DNA of 62,462 bases, counting the filler, from Sphacelaria rigidula (Eukaryota): NCBI GenBank assembly GCA_964200075.2. It is 8 parts of 8 records of this genome, joined end to end, with 100 filler letters (N's around TTAATTAATTAA, not from the genome) between each part and the next. Parts side by side here need not be neighbours in the genome. Positions count along the whole stretch, not along the records: positions 7,822 to 15,542 come from CAXNAA020013672.1; positions 15,643 to 23,362 come from CAXNAA020013673.1; positions 23,463 to 31,182 come from CAXNAA020013674.1; 5 more parts are not named here. One strand, written 5' to 3'. The stretch's first letter is position 1; each line of letters begins with the position of its first letter. The notes beneath the pieces were generated by a model, which worked only from the letters and a program-made list of their open reading frames with translations, did not search any database and was not told where the DNA came from. Positions 13,141 through 25,197 of this stretch are shown piece by piece. Both the position numbers and the translations under genes were made by a program.

Positions 13141-15542
13141 CCTTGTACTCAACCCAGTATGTTTTCGGCACACGACCGTTACCTCTGTATCAACACCCTT
13201 GAGTACATGACGAGCTGTCGGAGCACACGCATGGCGATCTCCCGATCACAGGGATATCTTACACGGCGATATGTCGCCGTGGTTCTTGAGATATGTTCGG
13301 CGGTAGGAATTTCAGTGTTGAGCCCGGCCCAGCTCGTGCTTACATCGGGCTGATTCGCGAAAGTGGAAGTCTTTTGTTTTGGTGTATGCACGTTTTATGG
13401 CTGGCCTAGCCCGTACCCGAAAATTGGGTTGAGTTGGTGATGATATCAATACCCTACTCAACATATATACATATTTTTTGCTTGACCTTCTTTGGGTAGT
13501 TAGCCTGTGATCACAGAAGGCATCCGCATCGGGTGCCCACTATGGAAGTAAGCAGGTACTACGGAGAAGTCGGGACGGCTTCAAATGTGAAGACAACATT
13601 AATAATGGCAATTGCCGAAAAAATGGGTCATCCATATCAGCAGTACCCGATAGAGTATCACTTGGGTATGATCTCAACAGTTACGTCAACTATTGGAAGT
13701 TGGGTATGATATCAATACTCTGGCCAAAAGTTGGGTAAATAGACTCATCAATACCCAAGTGTATTTTATCACTCGGGTATGATCTTCTACCCAAATTTGG
13801 GTAGAGTTGTGGATTACCGAAATACTTTCAATCCATGGGTGAATAATCTCAGCAATACCTGGGCGAAGAGTATTACTCGAGTGAGATCTTAGTAACTGAC
13901 AGTTGGTGACGTCGTGACGTGGCTTCACAAGCTACCGTGACTGTGAGGGCGGATGATGGCCACTGATTACAAAGCGTTTAGTTTCGTCACCCCCCAATGT
14001 TATCTAGGATTTTTTTCCAGATTTCAGTTATCAGCACAGAGCGCGCATGACCTTTGGGTTTGATCTCAAAACAAGCTGGGCCAGCCAAGAGTTCATTTGA
14101 ACAATCTTCGCTTCTGAAAATTAGGAGTTTGAGCTGAAATTTTACACGAGGTTCTTGTCAATACTCGGGAAGTAGCGGGATAAATGAAAGAAAAGTTCGA
14201 GTGATTTGAGAATTTCCTTTAAAAAACAAAAAAATTCACCACCCAAGACAAAACGAAGTTGCTTCCGTCAACGATTTTCCATACGTCGGATGAGCACGAG
14301 TGTGACTCGTGGCACTCGCACCCGTTGAGCTGCTCGTTGGCCGTAAAAACTAATAGGGCGAGCACTCGAGTCATTGCTCGTTGCGGAAAAAATTAATAGG
14401 GCGAGTAAGAGGACAACTTTTTTCTTCGGTCAGATCCTCAGATCGTATAGGCTGACAAAAGGTTCGGCTTGAAAGTACCGTCGACGCCAATAAGAGTCGT
14501 ATACGACAAGAAGACTGACGAAGGGATTTGAATCCTTACTCTCTCTGCGAAACGCAAGCGAGACGCAGAGCGCTCTTTCCAGTTAAGCTACGTCGGTAGC
14601 GTTGAGTGGACAGGACACTGAGCTCGAGTGAGCGTGACAGACAGAGTTGAGATGAAGAGAAGAAGTTGTGAGATGAGGTGGGGATGATCTGCGATCTATT
14701 CATGCAGCTCATCTCAGACAACAGGGACCATGTGCCGACAGACATTGGCCTAGAGTTCAATTCAACGTGCACATCACCTTGGGTTTGGTGTGTACAACGT
14801 TCTGTGACTCTTGGGCATATTCGGTCCGATATTGTCCCGATATTCCGAGACAAATAGACCATCCTCCAAAGATTTAGCGGACGTCTGAGAAACCTTCCTC
14901 AGTGCTAGAACGTTCCCATGAATAGAACCAGTAAAAGGTTCTTGGATGGAACTATAAGGCATGTTGGGTTCTCATATGTGTGATCCACACGAGCACTCGA
15001 GTCATTGCTCGATGCTGAATAAATTAACCCCTATGGGACCGAGCCTCTAGAACGACCAATGAGGCTGGTTACCTGTAGGAATGACGTGTCTGACGTCTGC
15101 ACGAGCCAGTGGCATATTGCTAAAAATCCGCGTATGTAACCGCAGAATTATGAGGAAGACCGAAAGTTTCATCCAAACTATTTTCAGGTGCAGGGTGCGC
15201 ATTAGGTCGTGTACATCTGATGTAGCAAGCAGTATGTGTCGCCCTAGAGAGCTTTCAACAGGATGCGGCGACCGGCGGGCCGCCCGCCACTTGTGGCTTT
15301 GGATGATATTAGTGTCCCCGTCACCTTTCCACACAGCTCTTTGTGATCGGGGTGGGCCGCCACTCCCCTCTGTGTTGCATGCGACAAATTCTCTTCGAAG
15401 AGTATCAGCGTTGCGGCACACACTGATACAGTACAATACGATAGTGCAGTACGCCTCTCCGGCTGCAACAGCCCTTGCACGATCTGGGCAGTTCTCAGCG
15501 ACGGAGATCAGCTGCCTATACACAGCTTGTTCATCCTCGCCA

Positions 15543-15642
15543 NNNNNNNNNNNNNNNNNNNNNNNNNNNNNNNNNNNNNNNNNNNNTTAATTAATTAANN
15601 NNNNNNNNNNNNNNNNNNNNNNNNNNNNNNNNNNNNNNNNNN
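15543..15642. other. Artificial contig-joining linker
   Basis: Same 100-bp N44-TTAATTAATTAA-N44 unit. Confidence 0.98.
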
Positions 15643-16657
15643 ACTCAGAAAAGACATCGGTTTTGGGCTTTGCTCCAGGTGCTCGCGAAAACGGCAAAAA
15701 AAAACGTTCACAAAGACTTGCAAATGGGAACGAGATATGTCACTTTTCCTCCAAGCGAGCTTGTATTTCGCCCCAGAGGAAGTACGTTTTAGTATACAAT
15801 TGCGACCCCCCCCCCCGAAAATCTTGGGAACGCTATACTGAATGCAAGTATTACCATAAAACCAAGCTGCGACCACCCTGCATTTGGAAACCTGGGTAGG
15901 CTTGTATGGGCCAGGGACAGGGCCCCCACACGATATTTGCAGTGGCATCACACTCGCCAATAATCCCCACTGTGTTCGTTCGGGTCTGGTTGATAAATTT
16001 CGCCTCGCCGTGGTTAGGCAGGTCGCTTCCTGACTTATTTTTTTATTATTTCACAACACACAGGGTCAACCCTGTGTTGGGGGGGCGGTCCCAAAAGGAT
16101 TGAGAACGGATTTTATTTTCGGAACGGGAGGGTTTTTCTGAGTTACACCAAGACGGTCGAATGATCCGAAATGGCCGTCACCCCCCTGTAAGCCCGTGAC
16201 CCGACGGGAATTTTGGCGCGATCAGATCGGTGACGCCTTCCGTGAGATCCGGCCGAAAATGTGGAAGAGAAAAAATATATATATATATATATATTCTGAC
16301 TCATTTTCTCTCATAACTGTGCACTGGCTACGCCGAGTCTTACTCTTTCCAAACCGACATTCCCGTCAGATCACGGGTTTCCAGGGGAGGTTGAAGACCG
16401 TTTCAGACGATTCGATCGTCGTGGTTTAAATCACGAAAAACCTCCTGCCCCCCAAAAAACTATACTTCCTCTGTGCCATGAGTAAAGTCCGTTATGACTA
16501 TACGGACCCTTATCCGTGTCCGATGCCGCCGGCGATAATTTTTTGAAATCTTTGATGTTTTTCGGATTGAACCCCGTTTGGTTTTTTTCTACGCACCGCC
16601 CCCGGGCATACGTGAACGGCCAGGAAAAAAAGTAGTCGGCCCCGAAAAGCACCAGTA

Positions 16658-16996
16658 GAGTTTACCACTCGGTAGTTGACAGATAGTTCTCGGAAATTTC
16701 CGGTTTGTAGACAGGTGCGTATTGGATTTTAGTGTGGAATCCGAAATCCGGATCTTTGGAGGGGGCTATGCTCCTGGCGTGATCCTAGCGTGCGCAGAAA
16801 GCGTTTTTTGAGGTCTGGCAACGCACACTTCGCCCAGGGAACACGTGGCACCCCGCTTGCCCGAGGGTTCTCGGTATGTCTTCGTTGAGGTCAGGGTCAG
16901 GGTCAGGGTCAGGGTTAGTGTTATTCGAAATACATCAGCACCTGCACAAACCATAAATTTCCGAGAACTATCTGTCAACTACCGAGTGGTAAACTC
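16658..16996. mobile_element. MITE with perfect 42-bp TIRs
   Basis: GAGTTTACCACTCGGTAGTTGACAGATAGTTCTCGGAAATTT (16658-16699) is exactly inverted at 16955-16996; internal (AGGGTC)n/AGGGTT tract. Confidence 0.88.
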
Positions 16997-17905
16997 ACCT
17001 CCCGAAAAGGCCAAAAATAGCCCCTTTTGCAGGGGCAAAAAAGTGTCGGGACGAGAAAAAAACTTAACCGTCCTCGCCGTCGCTGGGGCATGACGCTAGA
17101 TAGTCCCAGGCCTTCGTGAAGGCCCCCTTATAATATTTTACCACCCGTTCTAACGTTCCTGCCCTCTGTCGCACCGCCACCTCGGTATGCTCCACACTCA
17201 AGTCGTTTTCTAGTGTAGTCGTTAGGCCGCTTTTTAGGCCAACTCTAATGGGAGCCGTTGAAGATTCCTGTTCAAAACGGCCTTTTGGGCCCTTCTCCAT
17301 CGATTTACGCCCTCAAAGAGAGCTTGGCGGATGTTGACGCCTTGGAATGACTTGCTCTACTCGTTGAGGCGGTTCCAGGTCATATTCCCGTTTTCCGGTG
17401 GCCACAGTTTCCATTCTGGCCCAACAAGAATTGTTGTCCAAGAACGGTACAAGACAGTCCAGTCCAGAGAAAAATGGCCCAAAAATAGGCCAGAAAAAAC
17501 TCAGGGATGATCATTATTTGATTGAATTTTAGTGGGAAGACGCAAATTATGCCCGAGTTTTTTGGCTCAAAATTTTGTTTTCCGAAACTCTATTAATTTT
17601 GAAAAATCGGAAATCTAAGTAGGCAGCGAGTGCCGAGCCCTGTTCCGGACAATCCGGTATGGTTCGGAAGGATATTTACCGATCAAATATGCGTTTAGAA
17701 CCTCTGTAAATACACTACTTTTAGCTCGTATACCCTATAAAACACAACCTTGCAATGTTTTAACCGAAGCGCATTGCTTTTTCACTTCTCGCCCGCCCCC
17801 CCTTCTCGTGTCAATTTCAGCGTGGGTAGGGCGGCGAGGTCCTGAGGTAAATCCAAGGAGAGTGTGTTGGGTAGAATATTGAGGTTGACTACATTTTAGG
17901 CATTA

Positions 17906-18385
17906 GAGAGTTTCGGAAAATGCCTTTTTTTGTCATTTCAGAGTGCAAATATCTCAGGATCAAAGTGCAACGATTTCCCCCTCCATCAAATGTGGTATCT
18001 TAACAAAAGCTAAGCTCGGTGGGTCCGTCGCATGACCCCGAGTACTCTCACCCCAGGGTTGATGTTCCTGTAACCAACGCTATTCAGTTCAACCGGTAGA
18101 CTTCGATCCGCATCCGGTACTCGATATCGAAGTCAAATTGTCAGTATTTTTCCGTTTCGTCCGACCGCATCCTCGCGACATCGAAGAATGCTTATGCTCG
18201 CACAGGGATTTGAACCCAAGAACTCAGCTTTTGTTAAGATACGGATTGACTGCTGAGCTAAACAGCCAGCGTCTTAACAGTATCCCCTTAACTGTTTTTC
18301 GATGAGGTGCTTATTTTTATTCTGCGCTCTGATCCCGAGATATTGCATTATGAAATGACAAAAAAAGGCGTTTTCGGAAACTCTC
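17906..18385. mobile_element. Inverted-repeat element containing a tRNA-like head
   Basis: GAGAGTTTCGGAAAATGCCTTTTTTTGTCATTTCA (17906..) is inverted at ..18385; minus-strand TAGCTCAG...GGTTCAAATCC at ~18197-18268. Confidence 0.65.
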
Positions 18386-18390
18386 CCTTT

Positions 18391-18867
18391 AGGCTACTTT
18401 TTATGTATCGAAAAAACAAATCTTGTTGAAAAGTGCATTTTTTACCCTTTTTCATCGTTTTTCGCCCGAAAAGAGGGCAAGGAGGGGGATATTGACACCT
18501 TGGAATGACTTGCTGTGCTCATCGAGGCCGTTCCAGAGCACCTTTGCGTTTCCCTCAAGTCACAGGTTTTTTTCACCAAACTCGCATTTTCAGTAACAAA
18601 CGGTCAAGTTATAAAAAAAAATGGCGATTTTTCCCCTGTTTTTTTAAGAAAATTGACCGTTTGTTACTGAAAATGCAAGTTTGATCAAAAACGAAATCAT
18701 CACCTACGGAAAACGCGAAGGCGCTCTGGAACGGTCTCAACAAGCACAGCAAGTCATTCCCAGGTGTCAACATCCGTCTGGCCCTCTTTTCGGATGAAAA
18801 ACGATGAAGAAGGGTCAAAAATGCACTTTTCAACAAGATTTAATTTTCGATACATAAGAAGTAGCCT
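18391..18867. mobile_element. Near-complete palindromic MITE (PIF/Harbinger Tourist-like)
   Basis: AGGCTACTT...AAGTAGCCT with ~225-bp arms pairing along their length; related sequence at ~17224-17480 and 28505-29240. Confidence 0.85.
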
Positions 18868-19559
18868 TTCAGTATCCTTGTTTAGGCCAGAAAAACTTGG
18901 GAATAATTATTGTTTGATTAAATTTTAATGAGAAGACGCAAATTATCGCGGAGTTTTTGGCTAAAAAATGCTTTCCGAAACTCTCCACTAGTTTTGAATA
19001 ATCGGAGATCGAAGTACCCAAAACTTGAGTGGAGTATTGAGATCGTACTCAACAGTACCCAGAAATATTAGGGAGAGTAATGAGCGATCATACCCAACTT
19101 TTCCCAATATTTGAGAAGAGTTTGGAGATCGGACCATCGCATACACGAAATTCGGGAGGGTAAATACCCGGGTATGTAGGATACCCAACAAGTCCTTAAC
19201 ACTTCACAAGCCGCTGCCGGGGGTTGAGGAAAGGCGGTGGAATTCGTTTTGAGCAAAGTACAGTAATGGATTGTCACGTGTTATTCCACCGTCATGAATA
19301 GAGCCGGTCGAAAATAGAAAATAGCCTTCATTTCGGCGGGAAAATTGAACGAAAGAATGCCCACACACTAGAAAAATACACCATGTTTTGTTGTATAGCT
19401 ACGTACGGTTAAAACGTGTTCGTTTTCAAACTGCTTCTCCTGTTGATTGATTTCTGTACATATATGCTGGACATCGGAAATCCGACACGAGTCAGAGAAC
19501 CGAAGGTATTGACGAGTGTTTTTCATTTTTTCAAGTACCGTTTTTTTTTTTTTTTCAGG

Positions 19560-21311
19560 TGTATGTACGGAGGACAATCCGCTCCAGGGTGCGGATTTTT
19601 TTTTTTTTAACTTATGGAGCGGAGCGGGTATTCGAATGTGCGAAAAGTTACGGGTTATGACGGAGCGGATACCCGTGGTTGAATGTGTCACGGATTAACC
19701 CTTTTGGAACCGTTGATTGGAAAATGACGATTCACAATTGACCTTTTGTCGGGCGAGATATGGTTGTTTCTCTGTAAGTGTTGATGACGCAGCCCACCAC
19801 AACGGTGCGCACCACTCTAAACTCAAGCATACGAATGTGACAGATCCGTGCACCGAACTCGAAGTGACGTTTCCCGGTGACAAAAGCTCGCGTATGAGAC
19901 TTTGCACTGTTTTTCGCGAGTTCCAAAAGGGTTAAGCAGAGCGGATATCCGCCCTTTAATTATGTTGCGGAGCGGGCCAGATATTTCCAATATGGTACGG
20001 AGCGGAGCGGATCCGTCCGCTACAAATGCATCGGTTATTGTGGAGCGGATGTCCGTCGCACGGAGTTTTTCATGGAGCGGTTTGTCCCACTCCGTGAAAC
20101 AAACCGCACAAACTGCGGCATTTCCCCACGGTGCACCGTAGCAATGATCCGTTAAAACGATAGAGTTGTCCGCGAAAAATGTATGAATATCCGCGGGTAC
20201 ATGCCAAGAAGTACGAAAGGGGTCGTCGCGCTGGGACTTCCAGATGCTGGGCAGGGGGGACGACGGACAAAATAGTGCACGTATAACGTCGCGTCCCTAA
20301 AAATGATGAAAATCAAACAACGATATCGGAATGTTATATATTTGAGTGTCATCCACCCCTTCTGCAGCACAGGGTGACGGGGATCGGGGCAGCAGACGCG
20401 CAACGACAGCAGCGTCTGACCCAGGACTAATGCTTTACACCATGAGAAAAAAACATGGAATACTTTCATTCCTCGAAAATTGTGTCATCAGCAGTCGTGG
20501 GAAACTTCGAAACATTCTTGGTGGAGAACAAGTGAACAGTGAAGAACAACCCCCTGTTCATTTTTTTCCCCTTGCCCAAAAATTAATATTCGTTTCCCGT
20601 CCCAACTATCCATCCTCAAACAATCTTTGACTCATTCATTCATTCATTCATTCATTCATCATATATTATTTACCATGGTAGTGTAATCATGTTTTTTCTC
20701 GCGGGACGGGGGCTTTTGTAACACGGAATCGCTCTCTTTCATCCTTGGCTCCTATGGTTACGCCACGTCTTCCTTTTCCTTGTTCCTTTACTCCTGAAAG
20801 CTGAAAGCTGAAAGCGTTACGCCCGGTCGCCCACAACTCACAACGCTCTTCACGGTCGTTGGTCAGCGAGCTCGTTCACTCCTTCCTCTCCGGTACGATT
20901 CGCAGCAGAATTTCAGAACCGTATCGGCGAATTTCTCATCCAAAACACTACTTTTGAGAATACTTCGAAGTGTAAGTTATCCGATATTTGGAACATTTTC
21001 TTCTGTGGGAATCCGTGGCTTTTCAGCGATCTGATCCGCAAGTCATACTCCGGAGAACGCACGGATCAACCACGGAGTAGATAGAACCGCTCCGTTGAAA
21101 AACCGCTTGTCACGGTTCCAACCGCGCAGCTGTAATCTATACGGAGCGGGGCTTTTTTTTTTTTTTTTTCACGGAACAAATCGGATTTATGTGGTGTGTT
21201 ACGCAGCGGATATCCGCCCCTTACAAATGTCACGGAGCGGTGCGGTTAGATAAACCGCACCGTAATAAACCGCTCCGTGGATTTATTTTTATTCCGTGTA
21301 CAACATCCCTG
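19560..21311. mobile_element. Degenerate TIR transposon with (C)GGAGCGG subterminal repeats
   Basis: Many GGAGCGG/CCGCTCC motifs at ~19570-20100 and ~21050-21290; the right end CATCCCTG is the reverse complement of CAGGGATG (hAT-like). Left end not found. Confidence 0.5.
19699..19931. mobile_element. piggyBac-like MITE (TTAA TSD)
   Basis: TTAA|CCCTTTTGGAAC ... GTTCCAAAAGGG|TTAA; perfect 12-bp TIR. Confidence 0.88.
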
Positions 21312-22842
21312 CTTGTTTTTTTTTTCTTCGGGGTCTCGATGATTGTTTGTCGAATCACCCCCAGGAAGATTGACAATCACTTGACGCCCGAACCATGCCG
21401 CAATAATACGTGAAGCGAGCGTGTACAGTTTCCAAAAATCGGAAATGTACCAGTTATAACTAACTGGCCATTATCATTGTAATGGTAATAATGGTGATGG
21501 TTATATAATTTTTTTCGATAATGGTTTCAAATCATTATTTACCGCTACCGGCTTCATAATAAACCGTTACCGGCTACGTATACTACACATAGCCCTTGAA
21601 AATGGGTTCAATTTTAGCGTATTTTTTATCTCCAGTAAAGCTAAATCGCGTAAAAACGCCTCCAGCGGGGCACTCCGGGGGTGCCTCCGGCGGGGGCTTT
21701 TCTGCCGGGGGAGGCTTTTTGGCTCGCGGCTGCGCCGCTCGATGACCAAACTATAATGTACCATTTTACTGGTTAATGGTTGGACAAACCATTTCCGAGC
21801 TTAACATTTTTTGGTTTTCCTACTGACCCCTCGCCCGCGCGCGCCATCTTTTCTTCCTTTCACCGTTAGGACAAATCAAGTCATGAGTCAACTCAAAGTC
21901 ATCATCTCAATGTATAAATCATGCGGTTCGTACATCAGTTGTAATTCACGCAGTCAATCCTTCTTCGTGACTCAAGGCGTGAATGGCTTGTACATACACG
22001 CCATGTGCGACAAGTTAGACGTGAGCGCTGGCATGTGTTTCCCACCTTCGGATGAATGCGGGACCAACCTAAGTCAAAAAGGTTAATTAATCTGCAGTCA
22101 TGGGGCCTGAACCACACACACTTTTCTCAAACCTGTAATGCGCGCAAGATGCCTGCACTGCACAATATGTTATATGTTATCCACCCTCGAGTGAATGTGG
22201 GACCAGCACTCGGCAAAGAGTTGAATTCTGCCGTTTCATGATCATGGAGCCTGTATCACGCGTATTTTTTCCCCATGGGTAATGCGCTGCATATGTGTAA
22301 TCCACCCTCGACTCAGCGGACCAATGGTTTATACAGCATGACTGCTTGCGTATCATGGCGAGTGAACATGACACTAGACCCGGCAGGTACAAGGAGGCGC
22401 GGCAGTTCACCGCGGCTGTTTAGTACGGTGCACGAGCGGTACCTCTGCGTAGTGGTGGAAATATGCGTTCTTCCAATCAAAAACCATCGACGGCGTGGTC
22501 GTATGCTGTTGTGTTGGGACCTAACAGGAAGGAAACACGCAATATTGTACTGAAAGCACGTGTACGAATTGCTCCGCCGTGCCGGTACACGAAGCACTAT
22601 TCACTTTTCTGTGCCTCAGACTAACCGACAGCGAAGGGGATGTGGCCGGTACCATAGTACGGGGGAAAAACATGGAGGATATTGTAGATTGCACATCGTG
22701 AACAAAGTTGCGCAGTGAGTGTACGGTGGTTCACCGCAGTTGGCAATTGCTGTGTAAAAATGGACCTTGACAGAACCCACTCAGGGTTTCCTTGTCCGGG
22801 CCCAACAAAGCACAGCACACCAACACGGATACACTACGCTGG

Positions 22843-23000
22843 GCTAGGCTAGGCTAGGCTACACTAGACTAGACTACAGAACACACTACAGCACATCACG
22901 GCACACTTCCGCACAAACCAGCACGGCAGCGTACTGTGTGCTCCCACAATACAACATTGTACGCTGCACTACACTACACTCACGGGCTCACTACACTTAC
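22843..23000. repeat. Degenerate pentanucleotide microsatellites
   Basis: (GGCTA)n, (GACTA)n and (CACTA)n runs. Confidence 0.8.
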
Positions 23001-23362
23001 CACAACAGAACAAGCCCGACGCAGAGCAGCGCAGTATAACACAGAACATTACTGTGATACCCTACCGTACCGTGAACGGTAACGGTACCGACTGCGCACA
23101 CGATGCTTTCAGAATTTTTGGCGATGTGACATGATGACTCTTGGTCAACTCAGAGCCATCATTTCAATGAATAGATCATACTAGTCGTACATCATCTGTA
23201 ATTCATATATTAGCTTGTGCGTGGCTCAGTATAACCCGAAGGTTCTCGCTTCATACCTTCCATGACTTCCGGGGTAAATAATGGGCACATAAGTCAACTC
23301 TGCGCTGAAAATTTGGATGCATCGGTTGTACATGTCACGCATTTCTTACTATCATGAGTCGG

Positions 23363-23462
23363 NNNNNNNNNNNNNNNNNNNNNNNNNNNNNNNNNNNNNN
23401 NNNNNNTTAATTAATTAANNNNNNNNNNNNNNNNNNNNNNNNNNNNNNNNNNNNNNNNNNNN
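23363..23462. other. Artificial contig-joining linker
   Basis: Same 100-bp unit. Confidence 0.98.
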
Positions 23463-24399
23463 GTCAAGAGGCGAATCATGATACTAAAACCAAGTAATTT
23501 CCAGACGAATCATTATTTGTCCGACCCTGCAATAGTTGGGTTGCGAGGAAATGCGGCGAGACAGAAAAAAAAACACGGTGATGGGTCCACATGCGTCATT
23601 TCTACCCCTAAATATGATAACTTCATCGTACTTTATTTCTTCATGCGCGACCGGGAGGATAAAAATAGACATTCTTAGACTTTTCAGGTGGGAAATGCGG
23701 CGCAAACAATCGTACACCGGTAGGAAGATAGTCCGTGTACTGTCGCATGGTTGTTGTGCAAAACCATTGTAGTAGTCGTGTGTATACAGGCAACGTGTGT
23801 CAGGGGTGTTAGTGCGGTATTGTGAGAGCAAGAACAACACGCATCAAAGTTTGATAATACACTTTTCTCACAACACCATCAGTTTGACTGGCGCGGTTAT
23901 CCCGAAACGGAAAAGCGCTGCTCCAGTTCATGGCTGATTGAAACCAAACCCACGCGCGCAAACTAGCAGCTGCTTGAGGGAAAACCTGCGAGCTGTCGAG
24001 GTATGACCGCTGACATTTTGCGATGGTCTGCAAGGCACATCTCATTTTTTTTCCCGGTTGCTTGGCCTTGTGTGAAATTCACCTGGACTCACAACGGCTG
24101 ACCACGAATGGAATCAATTAGGCCGCACTTTCTCGCTATTAACTAGCCATTTTTTCTGAATCGTTTACATAGATAGCCCCTGACTGGCACAGCTGAACCC
24201 AGATCAAGCGACAAATTGAGGGTTCATATCAGGATATCCGGGAAGTTGTTCCCCTTCTTATTTTTTTTGTGTTACCCGACAAGAATACGACCTCCGACGT
24301 TGAAAAATGTACGCACTTTCAACCACCCAACGAGGCTGGGAAAACGCCTCCATCGCCAACAACACACGCGCACCCGCATCGTCACACAAGGCAACGTTT

Positions 24400-24636
24400 C
24401 AAGGTTGTGCTCTGCAGGGTATACCGACCGAACTTCGGGTACGGTATTCACAAAAGCATAAATGAGATATTTTATCGGTAAATGCCCTTCCAAACCTTAC
24501 CGGAGTGTTGGAAACAGGTATCGATAACCTGCCGAGCCATAGCGGCATGTTCGATACACACTCCGGTATGATCTAGTATGCCAACCGAAACTCTATCACT
24601 TCCGGGTATACCCCATTAATACAGAACACAACCTTG
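24400..24636. mobile_element. MITE with CAAGGTTGTG TIRs and 8-bp TSD (P- or hAT-like)
   Basis: CAACGTTT|CAAGGTTGTGCTCTG ... CAGAACACAACCTTG|CAACGTTT; perfect 8-bp TSD at 24392-24399 and 24637-24644. Confidence 0.9.
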
Positions 24637-24928
24637 CAACGTTTTCCCGCCCAAAACGACGTTCAAGTGATCTGAAACGCAAGCAAGGTTCCGCCTTGCG
24701 TTACCCCTCAGCTGCCAGCTAACTTCGAACGAACCGGCACCTTTCGCGAAGCGGAACGTCTCGCCCACCCACTTCAACACTCGACTGCTGAGGGCCTGAA
24801 CAAAAACTCTTTCTGAATTTTTCCGTGCGAACACCCGCTTTCCACCCTAGAGGCCGATTCTTAATTGCAAGGCAAGAAAAAGAAACGCACACGCACACGC
24901 ACAACAGCAATGACATACACTCACTCAC

Positions 24929-25197
24929 TTCATCTCTAAACTCTCTCGCTGTAATCGGACCCTCTGTCTGGGCGTCGGCGCAGCGTTCCCTAACCCCTCG
25001 CTGATCTGTCGCCTCTTTTCCGTCGCCGGCATGGAGTACATCCGTTCGAGAGCAGCGGCGATTTCACCCGGAGGCCTCTCCCCCGCCCCCCCCTCGTCTC
25101 CCCCCTTACTGTCCTCGTCGCTTCCTAGGTCACCGGACGCTCCACCGGCCCGAAGCATTTCTCCTCTTCTTCCCGACCCGCGCCCTCTACCTATTCC
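24929..25197 (-). CDS. Orphan internal exon, unknown protein
   Basis: Acceptor ttttctctcggcgcaaacacag| and donor |gtgagt; GC-rich open frame GIGRGRGSGRRGEMLR...EIAAALERMYSMPATEKRRQISEGLG..LQRESLEMK. Confidence 0.65.
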
